Below, in pieces: positions 39,824 to 52,407 of a stretch of DNA of 64,000 nucleotides (position 1 is the first letter of the stretch; every line of letters begins with the position of its first letter). The notes under the pieces were generated by a model. It saw only the letters and a list, made by a program, of their open reading frames with translations, was not told where the DNA came from and searched no databases. Source of the stretch: an uncultured bacterium (GTDB lineage Bacteria > JAJVIF01 > JAPKYR01). A program made the position numbers and the translations under genes. The DNA lies in the NCBI GenBank assembly GCA_965369865.1, contig CBDURU010000003.1, positions 1 through 64,000 of the forward strand, given 5' to 3'.

Positions 39824-40135
39824 CAGGTAAATTTTTTACACCCACCCATTCATCCTGGTCCGTTCAAAAATCGAACAAGAAAGCGTATCATCGGCAAGCC
39901 TGAAAATCAAATCGGATGGATTTCAAACAAGCCAAATCCTGATAGTCGTCAATGACGGCTATCTATACATATTATCGGCAGTGAATTGAAATTTTGGCGC
40001 GGTACGTACTTATGACGCATTAATTTCAGACAGTAAATGAAGGATCCTTATCCAATTATGATTGCCCGGATTCACTCGCGGTGGTAATCTAACCCGATCT
40101 GACAATGTCCCTTTCCTTAACTAAGGCATCCATAC

Positions 40136-41974
40136 ATGAAACGCCTCAGGGAACAATTTAAAATTTTCCGCAGCCGGCCCGACTTGCCCTTCTTTCAGAA
40201 GGTCTGGAAATTAATAGCCGGCACGCTCGATGCACACCATCTTCACCTGTCCGAAAGCGCTGTAACCAACATTTTGGCGATCGTTGTCGGGATCATGTCG
40301 GGTTATGGTGCTGTTATTTTCCGCTGGATGTTGATAACAGTCACGGATTTCTGGGGAAGCTCAGGGAATCCGATGTTAGAAAGCTGGTTCCCGTGGCTTG
40401 GGAAATTCGCGTTTGTGCCGGTACCGATAATCGGCATGGTTCTAGTCGCACTGCTGGTCCGGTACGTGGCGCCGGAAGTCGGTGGCAGCGGGATTCCGGA
40501 AGTGATGGAATCGGTCGCGATGAAATCAGGGAGGATCAGGGGTCGGGTGGGAGTCGTAAAAGCAATCGCCAGTTCAATATGTATCGGGTTCGGAGGATCG
40601 GCGGGACGCGAGGGACCGATTGTCCAGATCGGAGCGACACTTGGGTCGGTGTTTGCCGGTGTTTTGAAAATGTCCAGCGAACGGCGTCGATGGCTGGTGG
40701 CGTGCGGCGCGGGCGCCGGGATCGCGGCAACATTCAATACGCCGATCGCCGGAGTAATTTTCGCGATGGAGGTTATCCTACACGGTTCGACACTACGGAG
40801 TTTCGCATCGGTTGTTCTCGCTACTGTTTCGGGATCGGTAATCGGACGAATGTATTTCGGTGACGGGTCCACGTTTGATTTCCTACCCTACGCTTTCGAA
40901 AGCAATGTCGAAGTTATCTGGTACGTGATTCTTGGGGTCGCGGCCGGAGCGGTCGGCATTCTTTACACAAAATCAATTTACTGGGTAGCGGGGATCATGG
41001 ATTATTTTAAAAAAGTCCCATTTGTCGTAAAAGCCGCGATAGCAGGGCTTCTGATTGGAATCGTGGCGTCAATCTATCCCGAAGTCAGGGGTGTCGGCTA
41101 TGAAGCGATTTCCGAGGCGGTTAATACGAATCTTGTTTTGCAGACAATGCTGGTCCTGATGGTCGTGAAAATTATCGCCACGGCATTGACTATCGGTTCC
41201 GGTGGATCGGGTGGAGTTTTTGCACCTGCGTTGTTTATCGGAGCCATGGTCGGCGGGGTTTGCGGTAACGTGTTTGAGGCAATCGCACCGGAACACACCG
41301 CGGGAAGTCCCCCATATGTTATGGTCGGAATGGCGGCGGTATTTTCCGCGGTCACCCATGCCCCATTAACGGCAATTTTCGCACTGTTCGAGATGACGGG
41401 GGATTACAATATGATCCTGCCGCTGATGGCCTCGGTTGTGATTGCGACGATGCTTTCAAACCATTTTGTACATGAGTCCGTGTTCACGATGAAACTGGTC
41501 AGGAGAGGTGTCAGGCTGCGATGGGGAGCTAATGTCGATTTACTGGAGAGCCTGAAAGTCAGGGATGTAATGAAAATTGATGTACATACGGTCCTTGAAA
41601 ATACCACGAAAAGCGAGTTGTATGAATTATTCACTGAGTTACACCACAACGGATTTCCGGTCCTGGATATAAAAGGACGTCTTGTCGGTGTGGTAACTTT
41701 GACCGATTTTTACAACGCAGCCCATTATCCGGAATTCACCCCTGTGGATAAATTCTGCTCTCATAAACCACTGACCGTGTCGCCTGAAGACGATCTCAGC
41801 GGGGCTTTGAAAAAGATGAGTATTAGGGATATCGGCAGGCTTCCGGTTGTCTCCGACCAGGACCCGACTCATATGGTCGGGATAATTACCAGGTCGGATG
41901 TTCTGCAGGCGTATGAAATGGCCCTCCGACGCCAGCAGTCGGACGATGCTGAGATGAGCATGACCGATGAGTAA
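40136..41974 (+). CDS. ClC chloride channel/antiporter with CBS pair
   Basis: GSGIPE, GREGP, GGVFAP signatures; two C-terminal CBS domains. Confidence 0.95.
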   Translation: MKRLREQFKIFRSRPDLPFFQKVWKLIAGTLDAHHLHLSESAVTNILAIVVGIMSGYGAVIFRWMLITVTDFWGSSGNPMLESWFPWLGKFAFVPVPIIGMVLVALLVRYVAPEVGGSGIPEVMESVAMKSGRIRGRVGVVKAIASSICIGFGGSAGREGPIVQIGATLGSVFAGVLKMSSERRRWLVACGAGAGIAATFNTPIAGVIFAMEVILHGSTLRSFASVVLATVSGSVIGRMYFGDGSTFDFLPYAFESNVEVIWYVILGVAAGAVGILYTKSIYWVAGIMDYFKKVPFVVKAAIAGLLIGIVASIYPEVRGVGYEAISEAVNTNLVLQTMLVLMVVKIIATALTIGSGGSGGVFAPALFIGAMVGGVCGNVFEAIAPEHTAGSPPYVMVGMAAVFSAVTHAPLTAIFALFEMTGDYNMILPLMASVVIATMLSNHFVHESVFTMKLVRRGVRLRWGANVDLLESLKVRDVMKIDVHTVLENTTKSELYELFTELHHNGFPVLDIKGRLVGVVTLTDFYNAAHYPEFTPVDKFCSHKPLTVSPEDDLSGALKKMSIRDIGRLPVVSDQDPTHMVGIITRSDVLQAYEMALRRQQSDDAEMSMTDE

Positions 41975-42057
41975 AGAATTTCATTAATTGGTATAATTTC
42001 AACGAACGCTGAAACTGGTATTATTAGTGGAAAAAGTGGACAATCTTTAACCAGACC

Positions 42058-44505
42058 ATGCCTGACGAATTCCCGTCCAATAAGAAAAAAAAATTTCAAG
42101 TCGACTGGTGGCTCGTAGCGGTGCTGCTGGTGCCAGTTATCTATTTTCTCCCTGAAATTCTCGGGCTGAATGTGTTCGCCGGGATCGATTCGTCCAGGCT
42201 TAACATGCCGTTCAGGTTATTCGACCGCGAGGCGTTCGCGGCGGGACACCTTCCACTCTGGAACCCCTATATGTACGCGGGTTTCCCACATCTCGCGGAA
42301 AGCGAATCGGGCTTATTTTATCCTGGAAATATTTTCATCCATCTCCCCGGAGATTTTTTTCACTGGTATTCAATAGAGGTCGTGGCGCATTTTATGATAG
42401 CCGCATCGGGATTTTATACATGGATGCGATTTCGACGCCATGAGAAACTGACATCCGCGTTTCTCGCGATAACGTACTCGACAACACCGTTCCTGATTTT
42501 TCATATAACAACCCTGGGACTTTTCACATCGATAGTGTGGCTGCCATGGTTCTTCCTGATTTTCGATAAAGGCATAATCAGCAGACAACCACTTAGATTC
42601 GGATTGTGGCTATCATTAATATTTGGAATCATGCTCATGAGCGGATCGATCCATGCCGCTTTCCTCAGTATAACCGGGCTGGTTTTATACGGCCTTGGGA
42701 AAATTATCGCGTCCGGCGGCCGCCGCCCAAGGTTAAATTTATTCTGGAGAATTATACCGGTGCTTGTCCCGATCATTCTCGCCCCGGTAATTGCAGCGAT
42801 CCAGATACTGCCGACCCTTGAGCTTACCCAGTTCTCCGAACGGTCGGCATCCGACCTGATTGAATTTTATGACATGGGCACGTGGTTAAATATTCCAAGG
42901 CTCAGATCACTCGTAACTTTTCCAGCTCTCGATAATCCGGCGGATATCCAGCACTACGGAAGCAGCCTATGTTACCTGGGCGCCCTTCCGTTCATTTTCG
43001 CATTATCATCACTTGCATTCTGGAAGGAGAAACGCTGGGAACTGCTTCCATTAGTACTGACTGGAATTGTGACGCTGCTTCTCGCATTCGGGCGTAATCT
43101 TCCCGGTTATGATTTACTGGTTCAAATTCCACCATTCTCGATGTTCCGGTATCCGGGACGGATGGCCCATGTAGCCTTGACGGTATTTCTCATCCTTGCC
43201 GCGCCCGGACTGGATTATCTTTTAGGAAAAATTAATAATAATGAAACCAGGGGCAATCGAAACTGGTGGCCACTGATGGTGGTTGGGACCGGGATCATTA
43301 TTCTCACAGGAATTTATGGGGTGGTAAAAGGCGGGATCGTTCAGGCCGGCAGCGCTCCCGTATTATTTTTTGGAATCCTGCTCGCCATGTTTTCAGTAGC
43401 TTTACGCCCAGTAAACAATGAACTAAAAAATAAAAAGCTGGCGGGAATAATTCTCGGTTCATTACTGATATTAAGTATCGTCGCCCAGGTTGTGCTTACC
43501 TACCCATTCAGCAGGCTACTCGTACAGAACCGGCCAAAATTCGACGAGTCACTTCAATTTTTCGATGACATCAAGGCCGAATTTCCATCCGATGATGAAA
43601 TCCCACGGGTCCTTCTCGCGGGAAGCCATTACCTGATGGACCCGAATGCCATGGATCATCTTGGATTCAAGGCTCTGGATAATGTCTGGGATAACATGTC
43701 GGGAAACGCGTCCGGACTCAGAAACGTGACCGCGCTCCGCGGTCTCACGCCGCTCAACCAGAATGACTGGAAGGTTATCCTCCGCGACACCCTTCAAGCC
43801 AAAATGGATACAGTGCTGGCACAAGCCCGGGAATTTGGCGAGGCGAAAATCCCCGATGCGATCTCAATGAAAATTATCCGTATGCTGGGCACGGATATCC
43901 TCCTTCTTGAAGGTGATGACTGGGAGGTCCCGGGATATGAATTGTGGCGAACCGATCTTGGGCTTCCTTATCATGACGGCTTGTGCGCGTACCGTGCCGA
44001 GGGCGGGATGATCGTGGATGCTTATTTTGTGGATATCGCTTATTTCAATTTTTATGACGGCTATGCAGGTTACCTCAGATGGCTGTCAGATGAATACATC
44101 GATATCGGAAAAAATGCAGGGATTGAAATGAGTGCGAACGGGGGTAATGAAACAATTTTCTACAGGAGTGGAATGTCAAATGTCATCGATCGCGATCGGG
44201 GTTACAACCGGATGACGTTCGATGTGTCTGTCGGCGGGGAAGGCGGCTTTTTAGTGACCGGTGAAAATTTCTATCCCGGCTGGAAAGCGTACATCGATGG
44301 TGACGAACTTGAGATCCACAAAACTAATTACCTTCTCATGGGGATCGAAGTTCCGGCAGGCGAGCATAAAATCGAATTTCGATACCAGCCGCGATCGGTG
44401 CCGGTCGGAATGATAGGGTCACTGTCGGGATTAATAATATGGGCAATTCTGATGGGTTTAACGATTCTGATATCCCGAAAAAGAACCGGTATGAGAAGGG
44501 TTTAA
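42058..44505 (+). CDS. YfhO-family (GT-C) membrane protein
   Basis: PLWNPY..AGFP..A, FYP, AIQILP, FRYPGR; C-terminal YPGWKAYIDG...GEHKIEFRY. Confidence 0.88.
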   Translation: MPDEFPSNKKKKFQVDWWLVAVLLVPVIYFLPEILGLNVFAGIDSSRLNMPFRLFDREAFAAGHLPLWNPYMYAGFPHLAESESGLFYPGNIFIHLPGDFFHWYSIEVVAHFMIAASGFYTWMRFRRHEKLTSAFLAITYSTTPFLIFHITTLGLFTSIVWLPWFFLIFDKGIISRQPLRFGLWLSLIFGIMLMSGSIHAAFLSITGLVLYGLGKIIASGGRRPRLNLFWRIIPVLVPIILAPVIAAIQILPTLELTQFSERSASDLIEFYDMGTWLNIPRLRSLVTFPALDNPADIQHYGSSLCYLGALPFIFALSSLAFWKEKRWELLPLVLTGIVTLLLAFGRNLPGYDLLVQIPPFSMFRYPGRMAHVALTVFLILAAPGLDYLLGKINNNETRGNRNWWPLMVVGTGIIILTGIYGVVKGGIVQAGSAPVLFFGILLAMFSVALRPVNNELKNKKLAGIILGSLLILSIVAQVVLTYPFSRLLVQNRPKFDESLQFFDDIKAEFPSDDEIPRVLLAGSHYLMDPNAMDHLGFKALDNVWDNMSGNASGLRNVTALRGLTPLNQNDWKVILRDTLQAKMDTVLAQAREFGEAKIPDAISMKIIRMLGTDILLLEGDDWEVPGYELWRTDLGLPYHDGLCAYRAEGGMIVDAYFVDIAYFNFYDGYAGYLRWLSDEYIDIGKNAGIEMSANGGNETIFYRSGMSNVIDRDRGYNRMTFDVSVGGEGGFLVTGENFYPGWKAYIDGDELEIHKTNYLLMGIEVPAGEHKIEFRYQPRSVPVGMIGSLSGLIIWAILMGLTILISRKRTGMRRV

Positions 44506-44509
44506 AGGC

Positions 44510-46999
44510 ATGAAAAAAGCGGACACGAAATCGGAATTTATACCGCTGCTCGGGCCGATTCTTCTCCCGCTCATTTTTTTCTGGCGTGAACTTACCGGTC
44601 TGAACGTGTTCGCCGGATTTGATTTCACTCACCTGATACTACCCTTTCACCATTACGCGAGAGACGCATACAGCCACGGATTCCTGCCGGAATGGAATCC
44701 GTTCATGTTTGGTGGATTCCCACAGATCGCGGAAGGCGAGGGCGGGTTTTTTTATCCGGGAAACTGGATGATGCTCGCGTCGGGGGACCAGTCGGTGCTT
44801 CTTTCATGGAATGTCGTGCTGCACCTGATACTCACCGGGTGCCTGATGTACATGTACCTTCGAAACCGCGGCGCGACCCGTGCGACATCGGGCTGGCTTT
44901 CAATAATATACCAGTTTCTGCCGGGACTGATTTTAAGAATGGAAACGGTCGGGCTTTTCCAGGCGGTCTGCTGGCTTCCAGGATTTTTCTGGATGCTGGA
45001 ACGCAGTGTGAATTCAGCAATCACGGGGAAGGACCTGAAATCGGCCTTGAAATCCGGCTGGCACAGGTGGATGTTATACGCTTCCGTGATTGTAGCGTTC
45101 ATGCTTCTCGCCGGATCGAGCCAGATAGCGTTTTACGCGATGGTCGGAGGGTTTCTATACCTGTGCGGATTTTCTTTATCCGGACCCCATCCCGGGCGGC
45201 GTGCGGGCTGGGCCGGAGCGATATTTGTGTCGATTACAATTTTCTCCGTGGTCCTGTCGGCGGTGCAATTGATCCCGACCGCGTTATTTTCCGAACTTTC
45301 GTGGCGAGTGAATGAAGCCGGGTACAGCTATTACAGGATCGGGACCTGGATCACACTGCCGCGTCTCTCAAGCCTTTTCATGTTCCCGGCCGTTAACGAT
45401 ACGAGTGAAATTCTCTATTATGTCACATCGCTTGGGTACATTGGACTGCTGCCGCTTTTGCTTGTTGGTGTCGCGATAAACCGGTACAAAAGATTCATGA
45501 ATCCCCTGCTCCCTCCATTTTTCCTCTTGTTTTTCGGACTAATGCTCTCGTTCGGACTGAATTTTTTCATCAACGAAGACCTGATCGTATTTCCGGGATT
45601 CAATTTGTTCCGGGCGATGGGACGTATGATTCTCCCGACCGTCATCGCGTTATTCGCGATCGCCGCGATGGGGCTTGATTCGTTGTTTCAACTTACCCGG
45701 AATGTAAAGAACGGGAAGGTTTGCCTGCATGGGATTTATGGAACGGTAATAATTTCGGTAATTCTTCTTGTATGGCTCATATTTTTTGAAAATGGAAATC
45801 ATCCGGGTCTTTTTATTCCCGGTCTGGCAGGACTTGTAGTTCTTTCGGTCCTGGTTGCCGCGTTCCTTGCCGGATTCTTCCGAAAGCCTAATAAAAACTG
45901 GCTCATAGGGCTTCTGGCAGCCTGGTTCACGATCCATTTCGTAATGCTGATCCCATTGAAATCCGCAATCACCATGAACCGAAGCGCTTTCGTTCGAATG
46001 CTTGGTGAAATTACTCAAAACGATGGCATTTATCGAAATCAGGATTTTGAATATGCGTGGCCGCGGGTTCTGATTTCATATGAGGAGAATGTCTGGGAAC
46101 CTTTACTCGAAAGAATTTCCACAAAGCCATTTTCGACAGGCGATCGACTTCCAATCCCGGCGACAGGAAATGAAATCACGATGGGGAAAATCGGGGTGCT
46201 GAACGCATATACCCCGCTCGTCACCGACCGATGGCACGAGGTTGCGAGGGAATATGCCGCCAGGGGTTTAGACGATATCGAAATCGCCAGCGATCGTCTT
46301 GTAAAAGTTCTCGCACTCATGCGTGCCAGCGCGATTATCGCTCCTGGAACATTTCATGGCGGTGACGGTTTCAGCGAAGTATCGACCCGGATTCTCGATA
46401 TGTTCCCTGAAGGCTGGCATGTACTCTCGACTCCGGAACCTGTGCCGTATGTCAGCATCCCCGGTTATATCGAGGGCTGGGATGAAAATCACTGGGAGTG
46501 GTTCAAGTACTGGATCACGCAGGAAGATTATGAAACCGGCGACTGGGTATGTGTTGAAGTTGACGAGACCTTTGAATTTCCGGAGGGTTTCCAATGGGGG
46601 GATGTGCTTACACCCGTTGAGGAATTCCAGCCGGCAATTCCCGCGATCGGCGGTAATGAACTCGATCCGGAACTGTCGCATGAACTAACAGCAATTACGC
46701 GGGATATCCGTGGCGCGCCGATTTTATATATCACTGTAAATACCGATGAACCGTGCTGGGTCATTGTCCGCGAAAGCAACATGCCCGGATGGACCGCGAC
46801 CGTGGATCGGGAAACGGTTCAGATCGCGACGGCGGATTACCTTTTCATGGGGATTCCGGTACCCGAGGGTCAGCATGAGATCAGGCTTGAATACAAAACA
46901 CCGGGGCTGGCGACAGGAGGGTGGATTTCGGGTATCGGGTGGCTGATTTTTTTGATAACTATGGTTTTCCCGGTAGTATTTCGCGCGAAAAAATCATAG
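44510..46999 (+). CDS. YfhO-family (GT-C) membrane protein
   Basis: PEWNPF..GGFP, FYP, AVQLIP; C-terminal PGWTATVD...GQHEIRLEY. Confidence 0.88.
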   Translation: MKKADTKSEFIPLLGPILLPLIFFWRELTGLNVFAGFDFTHLILPFHHYARDAYSHGFLPEWNPFMFGGFPQIAEGEGGFFYPGNWMMLASGDQSVLLSWNVVLHLILTGCLMYMYLRNRGATRATSGWLSIIYQFLPGLILRMETVGLFQAVCWLPGFFWMLERSVNSAITGKDLKSALKSGWHRWMLYASVIVAFMLLAGSSQIAFYAMVGGFLYLCGFSLSGPHPGRRAGWAGAIFVSITIFSVVLSAVQLIPTALFSELSWRVNEAGYSYYRIGTWITLPRLSSLFMFPAVNDTSEILYYVTSLGYIGLLPLLLVGVAINRYKRFMNPLLPPFFLLFFGLMLSFGLNFFINEDLIVFPGFNLFRAMGRMILPTVIALFAIAAMGLDSLFQLTRNVKNGKVCLHGIYGTVIISVILLVWLIFFENGNHPGLFIPGLAGLVVLSVLVAAFLAGFFRKPNKNWLIGLLAAWFTIHFVMLIPLKSAITMNRSAFVRMLGEITQNDGIYRNQDFEYAWPRVLISYEENVWEPLLERISTKPFSTGDRLPIPATGNEITMGKIGVLNAYTPLVTDRWHEVAREYAARGLDDIEIASDRLVKVLALMRASAIIAPGTFHGGDGFSEVSTRILDMFPEGWHVLSTPEPVPYVSIPGYIEGWDENHWEWFKYWITQEDYETGDWVCVEVDETFEFPEGFQWGDVLTPVEEFQPAIPAIGGNELDPELSHELTAITRDIRGAPILYITVNTDEPCWVIVRESNMPGWTATVDRETVQIATADYLFMGIPVPEGQHEIRLEYKTPGLATGGWISGIGWLIFLITMVFPVVFRAKKS

Positions 47000-47060
47000 G
47001 ATACATCCTTTGCAGGCGTTCTTGAAAATACACGAGATTCCCGAGGAGATTTCTCGCTAT

Positions 47061-49085
47061 ATGACCAAAAAACCAGATGGAATAGATGGACTTTGCATCA
47101 ACACTCTCAGAACTCTCTCAATCGACATGATCCAGAAGGCGAATTCGGGCCACCCCGGGCTCCCGCTCGGCGCCTCGCCATTCGCATATGTCCTGTGGAC
47201 GAAATTTCTGAAGCAGAATCCCGGCAATCCCGACTGGCCGGATCGCGACCGTTTCGTTATGTCGGCAGGCCACGGAAGCGCGCTTCTGTATTCGCTTCTC
47301 CACATGGTGGGTTATGACCTTACTCTCGATGACCTCAGAAATTTCAGGCAATGGAACAGCAGGACGCCCGGCCATCCGGAATCCTTTATGACCGAGGGTG
47401 TTGAGGCCACAACCGGGCCTCTCGGACAGGGGACGGCAAACGCGGTCGGAATGGCGATCGCGGAGAGAGTACTCGCGAACCGCTTCAACCGTCCCGATCA
47501 TAAAATTATCGATCATTTCACGTACACGCTTGTCGGTGATGGAGACCTGATGGAAGGGATCTCCGCCGAGGCTTCATCGCTTGCCGGACACCTGAAGCTC
47601 GGAAAATTGATTTTCCTGTACGATTCGAATGATATTTCTCTCGACGGTCCGACCTCGCTTTCGTTCACCGGTGAGGATGTTCTCAGGCGGTATGAAGCGT
47701 ATGGATGGCAGGCAATTCGTGTCGAAGACGCTAATAACGATCTGAAAGGTATTGAGGTCGCCCTGAACCTGGCGAAATCCGACCTCTCGAAACCTTCGAT
47801 AATTGAATTTAAAACGACGATCGGATATGGATCGCCGAATAAATCCGGCTCGGAAGCGGCGCACGGCGCTCCACTTGGTGAGGATGAAGCCATCCTGACT
47901 AAAAAGGCGATTGGATGGGAATGGCCGGACGAGACATTTTATGTCCCCGACAAGGCACGCGAGCATTTTCAAAATTCCACTACCAGGTGGATGGATGCCA
48001 ATAATGAGTGGCAGAAGGTTTTCGATTCTTACACTGAAAAATTCCCGGAGCTAGGGAACGAATTTAACCAGGCGATAAACGGTGATCTTCCCGATGGCTG
48101 GGATTCTGATTTACCGACTTACTCGACCGGTGAAAAAATCGCTACCCGTATCGCGGGAAGTGAAACGTTAAACGCGATCGGCGCGAAAGTGCCGTACATT
48201 TTTGGTGCGGACGCGGATTTGTCCTGTTCCACCAAAGGAAAGATCAACGATGGAGGTTCGTTCGATGGTGATACCGGCGAGGGTCGGAATCTCAGGTGCG
48301 GTGTTCGCGAACACGCGATGGCGGCGATCGCGAACGGAATCTGCTGGCACAAGGGACTCAGGCCGTTCACATCGACATTTTTCGTTTTTTCGGACTACAT
48401 GAAACCGTCGATCAGGCTGGCCGCGATGAACAACCTGCCTGTTATATACATCTGGACGCACGATTCAATCGGGGTCGGCGAGGACGGGCCTACTCATCAA
48501 CCCGTTGAACACCTTGGGGCGTTGAGGGTAATCCCCAACCTGTCAGTCGTGCGTCCGGCTGATGCCAATGAAACTGTCGAGGCCTGGAAATGGGCAATTC
48601 AACAGAGCAACAATCCTGTCGCTCTTATTTTAACGAGACAGGGGGTTCCTGTATTTGACCGCGAGAAATATGAGTGCGCATCGAACCTGAAATTCGGCGC
48701 GTACGTGATTTCCGATTGCGGCGATGATGAACCCGACGCGATTATCATCGCGACAGGCTCGGAGGTTGAACTCGCTCTTGAAGCACAGGAAATCCTGTCG
48801 GGAGACGGTATCCGGGTCAGAGTTGTATCTATGCCGTGCATGGAGGAGTTCAGTTTACAGGACGAAGGTTATATAAAATCAGTGCTCCCGCCCCAGATTA
48901 AAAACCGCATTTCGATTGAAGCGGGATCGACATACGGATGGAAAAAGTGGGTGGGCGACCAGGGGATATGTATCGGGATCGACAAGTTCGGCGCGTCCGC
49001 ACCGGGGAAAGTCGTGTTCGGGAAGTATGGAATTACCGCGGAGAGACTGGTCAGCGAGGTCAAGCGGATGGTCCTTCAACGATAA
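47061..49085 (+). CDS. tkt: Transketolase
   Basis: [48 protein letters not shown]. Confidence 0.98.
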   Translation: MTKKPDGIDGLCINTLRTLSIDMIQKANSGHPGLPLGASPFAYVLWTKFLKQNPGNPDWPDRDRFVMSAGHGSALLYSLLHMVGYDLTLDDLRNFRQWNSRTPGHPESFMTEGVEATTGPLGQGTANAVGMAIAERVLANRFNRPDHKIIDHFTYTLVGDGDLMEGISAEASSLAGHLKLGKLIFLYDSNDISLDGPTSLSFTGEDVLRRYEAYGWQAIRVEDANNDLKGIEVALNLAKSDLSKPSIIEFKTTIGYGSPNKSGSEAAHGAPLGEDEAILTKKAIGWEWPDETFYVPDKAREHFQNSTTRWMDANNEWQKVFDSYTEKFPELGNEFNQAINGDLPDGWDSDLPTYSTGEKIATRIAGSETLNAIGAKVPYIFGADADLSCSTKGKINDGGSFDGDTGEGRNLRCGVREHAMAAIANGICWHKGLRPFTSTFFVFSDYMKPSIRLAAMNNLPVIYIWTHDSIGVGEDGPTHQPVEHLGALRVIPNLSVVRPADANETVEAWKWAIQQSNNPVALILTRQGVPVFDREKYECASNLKFGAYVISDCGDDEPDAIIIATGSEVELALEAQEILSGDGIRVRVVSMPCMEEFSLQDEGYIKSVLPPQIKNRISIEAGSTYGWKKWVGDQGICIGIDKFGASAPGKVVFGKYGITAERLVSEVKRMVLQR

Positions 49086-49130
49086 CAGCGATTTTCGATT
49101 ATACCTGGCGTGCATAAAGGAGGCTGTACA

Positions 49131-49568
49131 ATGACCGGGAAACCGGAGTGCACATATTTCGCTTATGGATCGAACATGGACCCGTCCCAGATGGAATTCC
49201 GATGTCCCGGCGCAAGCCCCATCGGTATCGGAATCCTCAAAAATTTCCGGTTCCTTATAAATTCCCGTGGTGTGGCAACGATCGCCCGTGATGAAGGAAA
49301 ATCGGTTTACGGCGTGCTGTGGTCTATCGGCGAGGAACATGAACGCACACTGGATAAATGCGAAGGGGTTAAATCGAATATCTATTACAGAGATTTCGTA
49401 TCAGTCGAAACATCTTCAGGTGGAACAGAAGAGGCCCTGGTTTATATTGATCCCGTAACCGATCCGGGGCCGCCTAAAGATGGTTATCTCGAAAAAATCC
49501 TCACGGGCGCACGCCATTTCAATCTGCCTGAAAAATATATTGAGGACTTATCATTATGGGCGGGTTGA
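49131..49568 (+). CDS. Gamma-glutamylcyclotransferase family protein
   Basis: YFAYGSNM, VYGVLW, LDKCEG; AAGGAGG RBS before ATG 49131. Confidence 0.88.
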   Translation: MTGKPECTYFAYGSNMDPSQMEFRCPGASPIGIGILKNFRFLINSRGVATIARDEGKSVYGVLWSIGEEHERTLDKCEGVKSNIYYRDFVSVETSSGGTEEALVYIDPVTDPGPPKDGYLEKILTGARHFNLPEKYIEDLSLWAG

Positions 49569-49595
49569 AAATTTTTTAATGGCTGGCTGGGAGAT

Positions 49596-49647
49596 CACCA
49601 ACAAGCTTGTATGGCTGGAAGCCAAACGTCGCATGTTGGCGGCACCC
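49596..49647. repeat. Dispersed REP-like hairpin repeat, diverged copy D
   Basis: caccaacaagct...gcatgttggcggcaccc ends conserved; inner stem replaced by tggct/agcca. Confidence 0.75.
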
Positions 49648-49815
49648 AGGCTAAATCCATCAAAATCGGATTTAATTTTATTTAATAAGGGTTAATAAAT
49701 ATGGGCTGGAATGCCAACCCCGTCCCGCGGTTGGAATTTTGACCGGTGCCGACCGCGTCCTGGAGTTGTTGATAAAGTGAAAAATCATCTTGGACAGCAG
49801 TGAAGTACTATAATT

Positions 49816-52239
49816 CTATTCCTGTTTTGACGATTGATCGTTTATTTTTATATTGATACTTCGATGAGTGATGAAAATCCCGATTACTACCCAGGCAAAA
49901 ATACTGATCATCGCCACTGACATGCCCTCTTTCAAGCCTGGCATGAGGTAGCGAAATTCTACCGTATGCTCGCCGCTCCCGATCTCAACAGCCATCGCAA
50001 AATTCCCGTGCACTTTCATTTCACGCGCTTCTCCATCGACCTCAACCGTCCATCCGGGCGCATATCCTTCATTGAGAACGAGAAGACCGGGAAAATCATA
50101 GCGGGTCTCAGCCGCAAAAAATCCCGGTTCATCCAGTCTTATTTCAGGCTGGGATAATAAATTAGGATCGTTGCTCCCGCTCTCAACATATGCTTCATCA
50201 GATGGAATGATAGATAGCCTTGTCGGCGGTTGTGCTGTATAACCCGGTTGGTCATACAAGTCATAAACAAAAAAATTATCGCTCTCACTTTTTGGAATAA
50301 GACCCTCGATGCTGGAATCAGACAGGACATATCTGATACCCATGTCAAATAGCCTTCTGTCGTAAAGATCAACCGGGGGAGTGAAAAAAGCGATTCCACG
50401 CCGCTTGATGACTGACTCCTCCTGGATATCCCTGAGCAGATCAAACCGGGATTTCGGGACAAGGTTGTGGTATCCAAAAGCGTCGGGTATCCCGAAGAAC
50501 GTCCCAAGGTTCGGGTAAAAGTTGTATGGCTGGTCTTCCAGCGATGCAGGATTTGCCGAATTGTTCGCGTAGCGGATGATCCGTCCCCATTGGCCACCAG
50601 CCTCCGGACTGATCATTCTTTGCAGGCTTTGGATCGTCTCGGTTGCAGGTATTGGATTTCTTGAATAAGGGGATTTGAAATCTGACAGGACGAATGTTCC
50701 TGACATGATTGCCGAGTATATGAAACAGGCCGATAGAAGGGTGATTCCGAAGTAAATGTATTTTTTTGAGATGGTATAGAACGCCGAGAAGATTATCACC
50801 GCTCCCGCAATTGTAAGGACATACGGATCGCCAGTTGGGATTAGCAAGCTACGGTCTGTAAGAAGAATGCCCGCGAGCGCAATTACAATTCCAATTAAAG
50901 CGGGAATGAGCGCGACAGAGTGCGTCACGCCAACCGGTTTATCGAGCGCGGCGATTTTTTTCCAGTGTTTCACTCCGATCGCAGAGAATATCAGAATAAT
51001 GAATCCCAATATCTCCAGGGGCTGTGTCGGTAGGATAAAGATCGCTCTCGTTGGGATGCTTAGAAGGTTATTCAATGTCGGGTTAAGAGCAAAAGGTGTG
51101 ATTATCAGCGCGATAATTGCAAGTGATCTCGGAAAATCAAGTTGTCGCCAGTTAACTAATCCCAAAAGCGCAAAGGTAAAAGGGATAACCCCGACATATC
51201 CGCTGTAATGGGGGTAATAAAATCCAAGCCTGAGTGGGAGAATTGGCTGCAGAAGACGCTGGAAATGATTCTGCCATGGTTCGGTGAATTGAAGAGCGGT
51301 CGTGTATTCCGTCATCATTTGCTGAAACGATTGGAAAGCGATACGGTCGCTTAGTGCTGAAGCCATAAGGGTCGGGATGTTCTGCACCATGGAAATCCCG
51401 AGACCTAGAATGAACGGCCATACCAGAATTTTTAGTGATGCTTTCCATGATGGTCTAATAACGCGATCGATCATCCTTCCTCGAATGAAAAACCATACTG
51501 CGGTGAAAAGCCCAAAATGCACCAAAAGCGTTGGATAGCCTGCAAGTAGAGGAACTGACCAGCATAGAGCCATCCATAATCCTGCCCACGGGTTTTGATG
51601 TTTCAGCCATCTTTCATGGAAGAACCATATTCCCGGGAAAAAGGCCATCGTCATCGGCCAGGGCTGGTAGTACGGGGTGGGAAGAAGGGAGACCACGAGA
51701 AAACTAGCTGCTGCCCATGATGCTATACGGCATGCGAGCCATTCCTTCAGAAAAAGATAAAAGAAAATCGCCATGATCAGGGTGTGAAGAACGCCCGATG
51801 CACCGAGAATCATAAGAGGCGGGAATAACCACGCTATAAGGGCATAAACAGGGTAGTACACCGGAACGAGATGATTTTGAAGTAAAGGGACTCCGCTAAG
51901 ACAGTACGGGTCCCAGGCAGGGATATTTCCTTTACGAAGCTCGTCGTGCGCGATTTTATTCCACGGGCTATACATCAAAACCGCGTCGAAATTCGTATGA
52001 AGGATATTGGGATCATCATGCCCAGAGAAGCCAAGTTCGCTATTCCAGGGTTCCAGTCGCTCCCATGAGTCGGGCATAACGGGTTTACCCAGCAGGAGCG
52101 GATAGTAAAGAGCGAGTCCCAGAAGAATCAAGCCTAGGATTGGAGCCAGATCAGCCAGAGCAAACGCCCTTTGGATTCCGGTTGTCTCTTTAAAACCAGT
52201 ATTGTCTTTCTGATCGGACATCCGGGATGATTTTATCAC
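49816..52239 (-). CDS. YfhO-family (GT-C) membrane protein
   Basis: PAWDPY..SGVP, YYP; C-terminal YAPGWTVEVDG...GEHTVEFRY. Confidence 0.85.
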   Translation of the reverse strand: MIKSSRMSDQKDNTGFKETTGIQRAFALADLAPILGLILLGLALYYPLLLGKPVMPDSWERLEPWNSELGFSGHDDPNILHTNFDAVLMYSPWNKIAHDELRKGNIPAWDPYCLSGVPLLQNHLVPVYYPVYALIAWLFPPLMILGASGVLHTLIMAIFFYLFLKEWLACRIASWAAASFLVVSLLPTPYYQPWPMTMAFFPGIWFFHERWLKHQNPWAGLWMALCWSVPLLAGYPTLLVHFGLFTAVWFFIRGRMIDRVIRPSWKASLKILVWPFILGLGISMVQNIPTLMASALSDRIAFQSFQQMMTEYTTALQFTEPWQNHFQRLLQPILPLRLGFYYPHYSGYVGVIPFTFALLGLVNWRQLDFPRSLAIIALIITPFALNPTLNNLLSIPTRAIFILPTQPLEILGFIILIFSAIGVKHWKKIAALDKPVGVTHSVALIPALIGIVIALAGILLTDRSLLIPTGDPYVLTIAGAVIIFSAFYTISKKYIYFGITLLSACFIYSAIMSGTFVLSDFKSPYSRNPIPATETIQSLQRMISPEAGGQWGRIIRYANNSANPASLEDQPYNFYPNLGTFFGIPDAFGYHNLVPKSRFDLLRDIQEESVIKRRGIAFFTPPVDLYDRRLFDMGIRYVLSDSSIEGLIPKSESDNFFVYDLYDQPGYTAQPPTRLSIIPSDEAYVESGSNDPNLLSQPEIRLDEPGFFAAETRYDFPGLLVLNEGYAPGWTVEVDGEAREMKVHGNFAMAVEIGSGEHTVEFRYLMPGLKEGMSVAMISIFAWVVIGIFITHRSINIKINDQSSKQE

Positions 52240-52407
52240 TTATGGGTATCAGTTACACCCAAGTGCCGCCCGCAGTTCGCCGCAGGCGAGATGTGGATGT
52301 CCGGAATATTTCCTATTTTTCCGAATCACCCAAATCCTGCGCTACGCTCGTATCAAGGCGCCACAGGTCTATTTAATTCTCAAATCTACGCTTGTTTAAG
52401 CTACCTG

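Noticed and set aside
52255..52310. Additional copy of the caccaac repeat
   Set aside because: Only a short gtgccgcc end resembles it; too degenerate to support.
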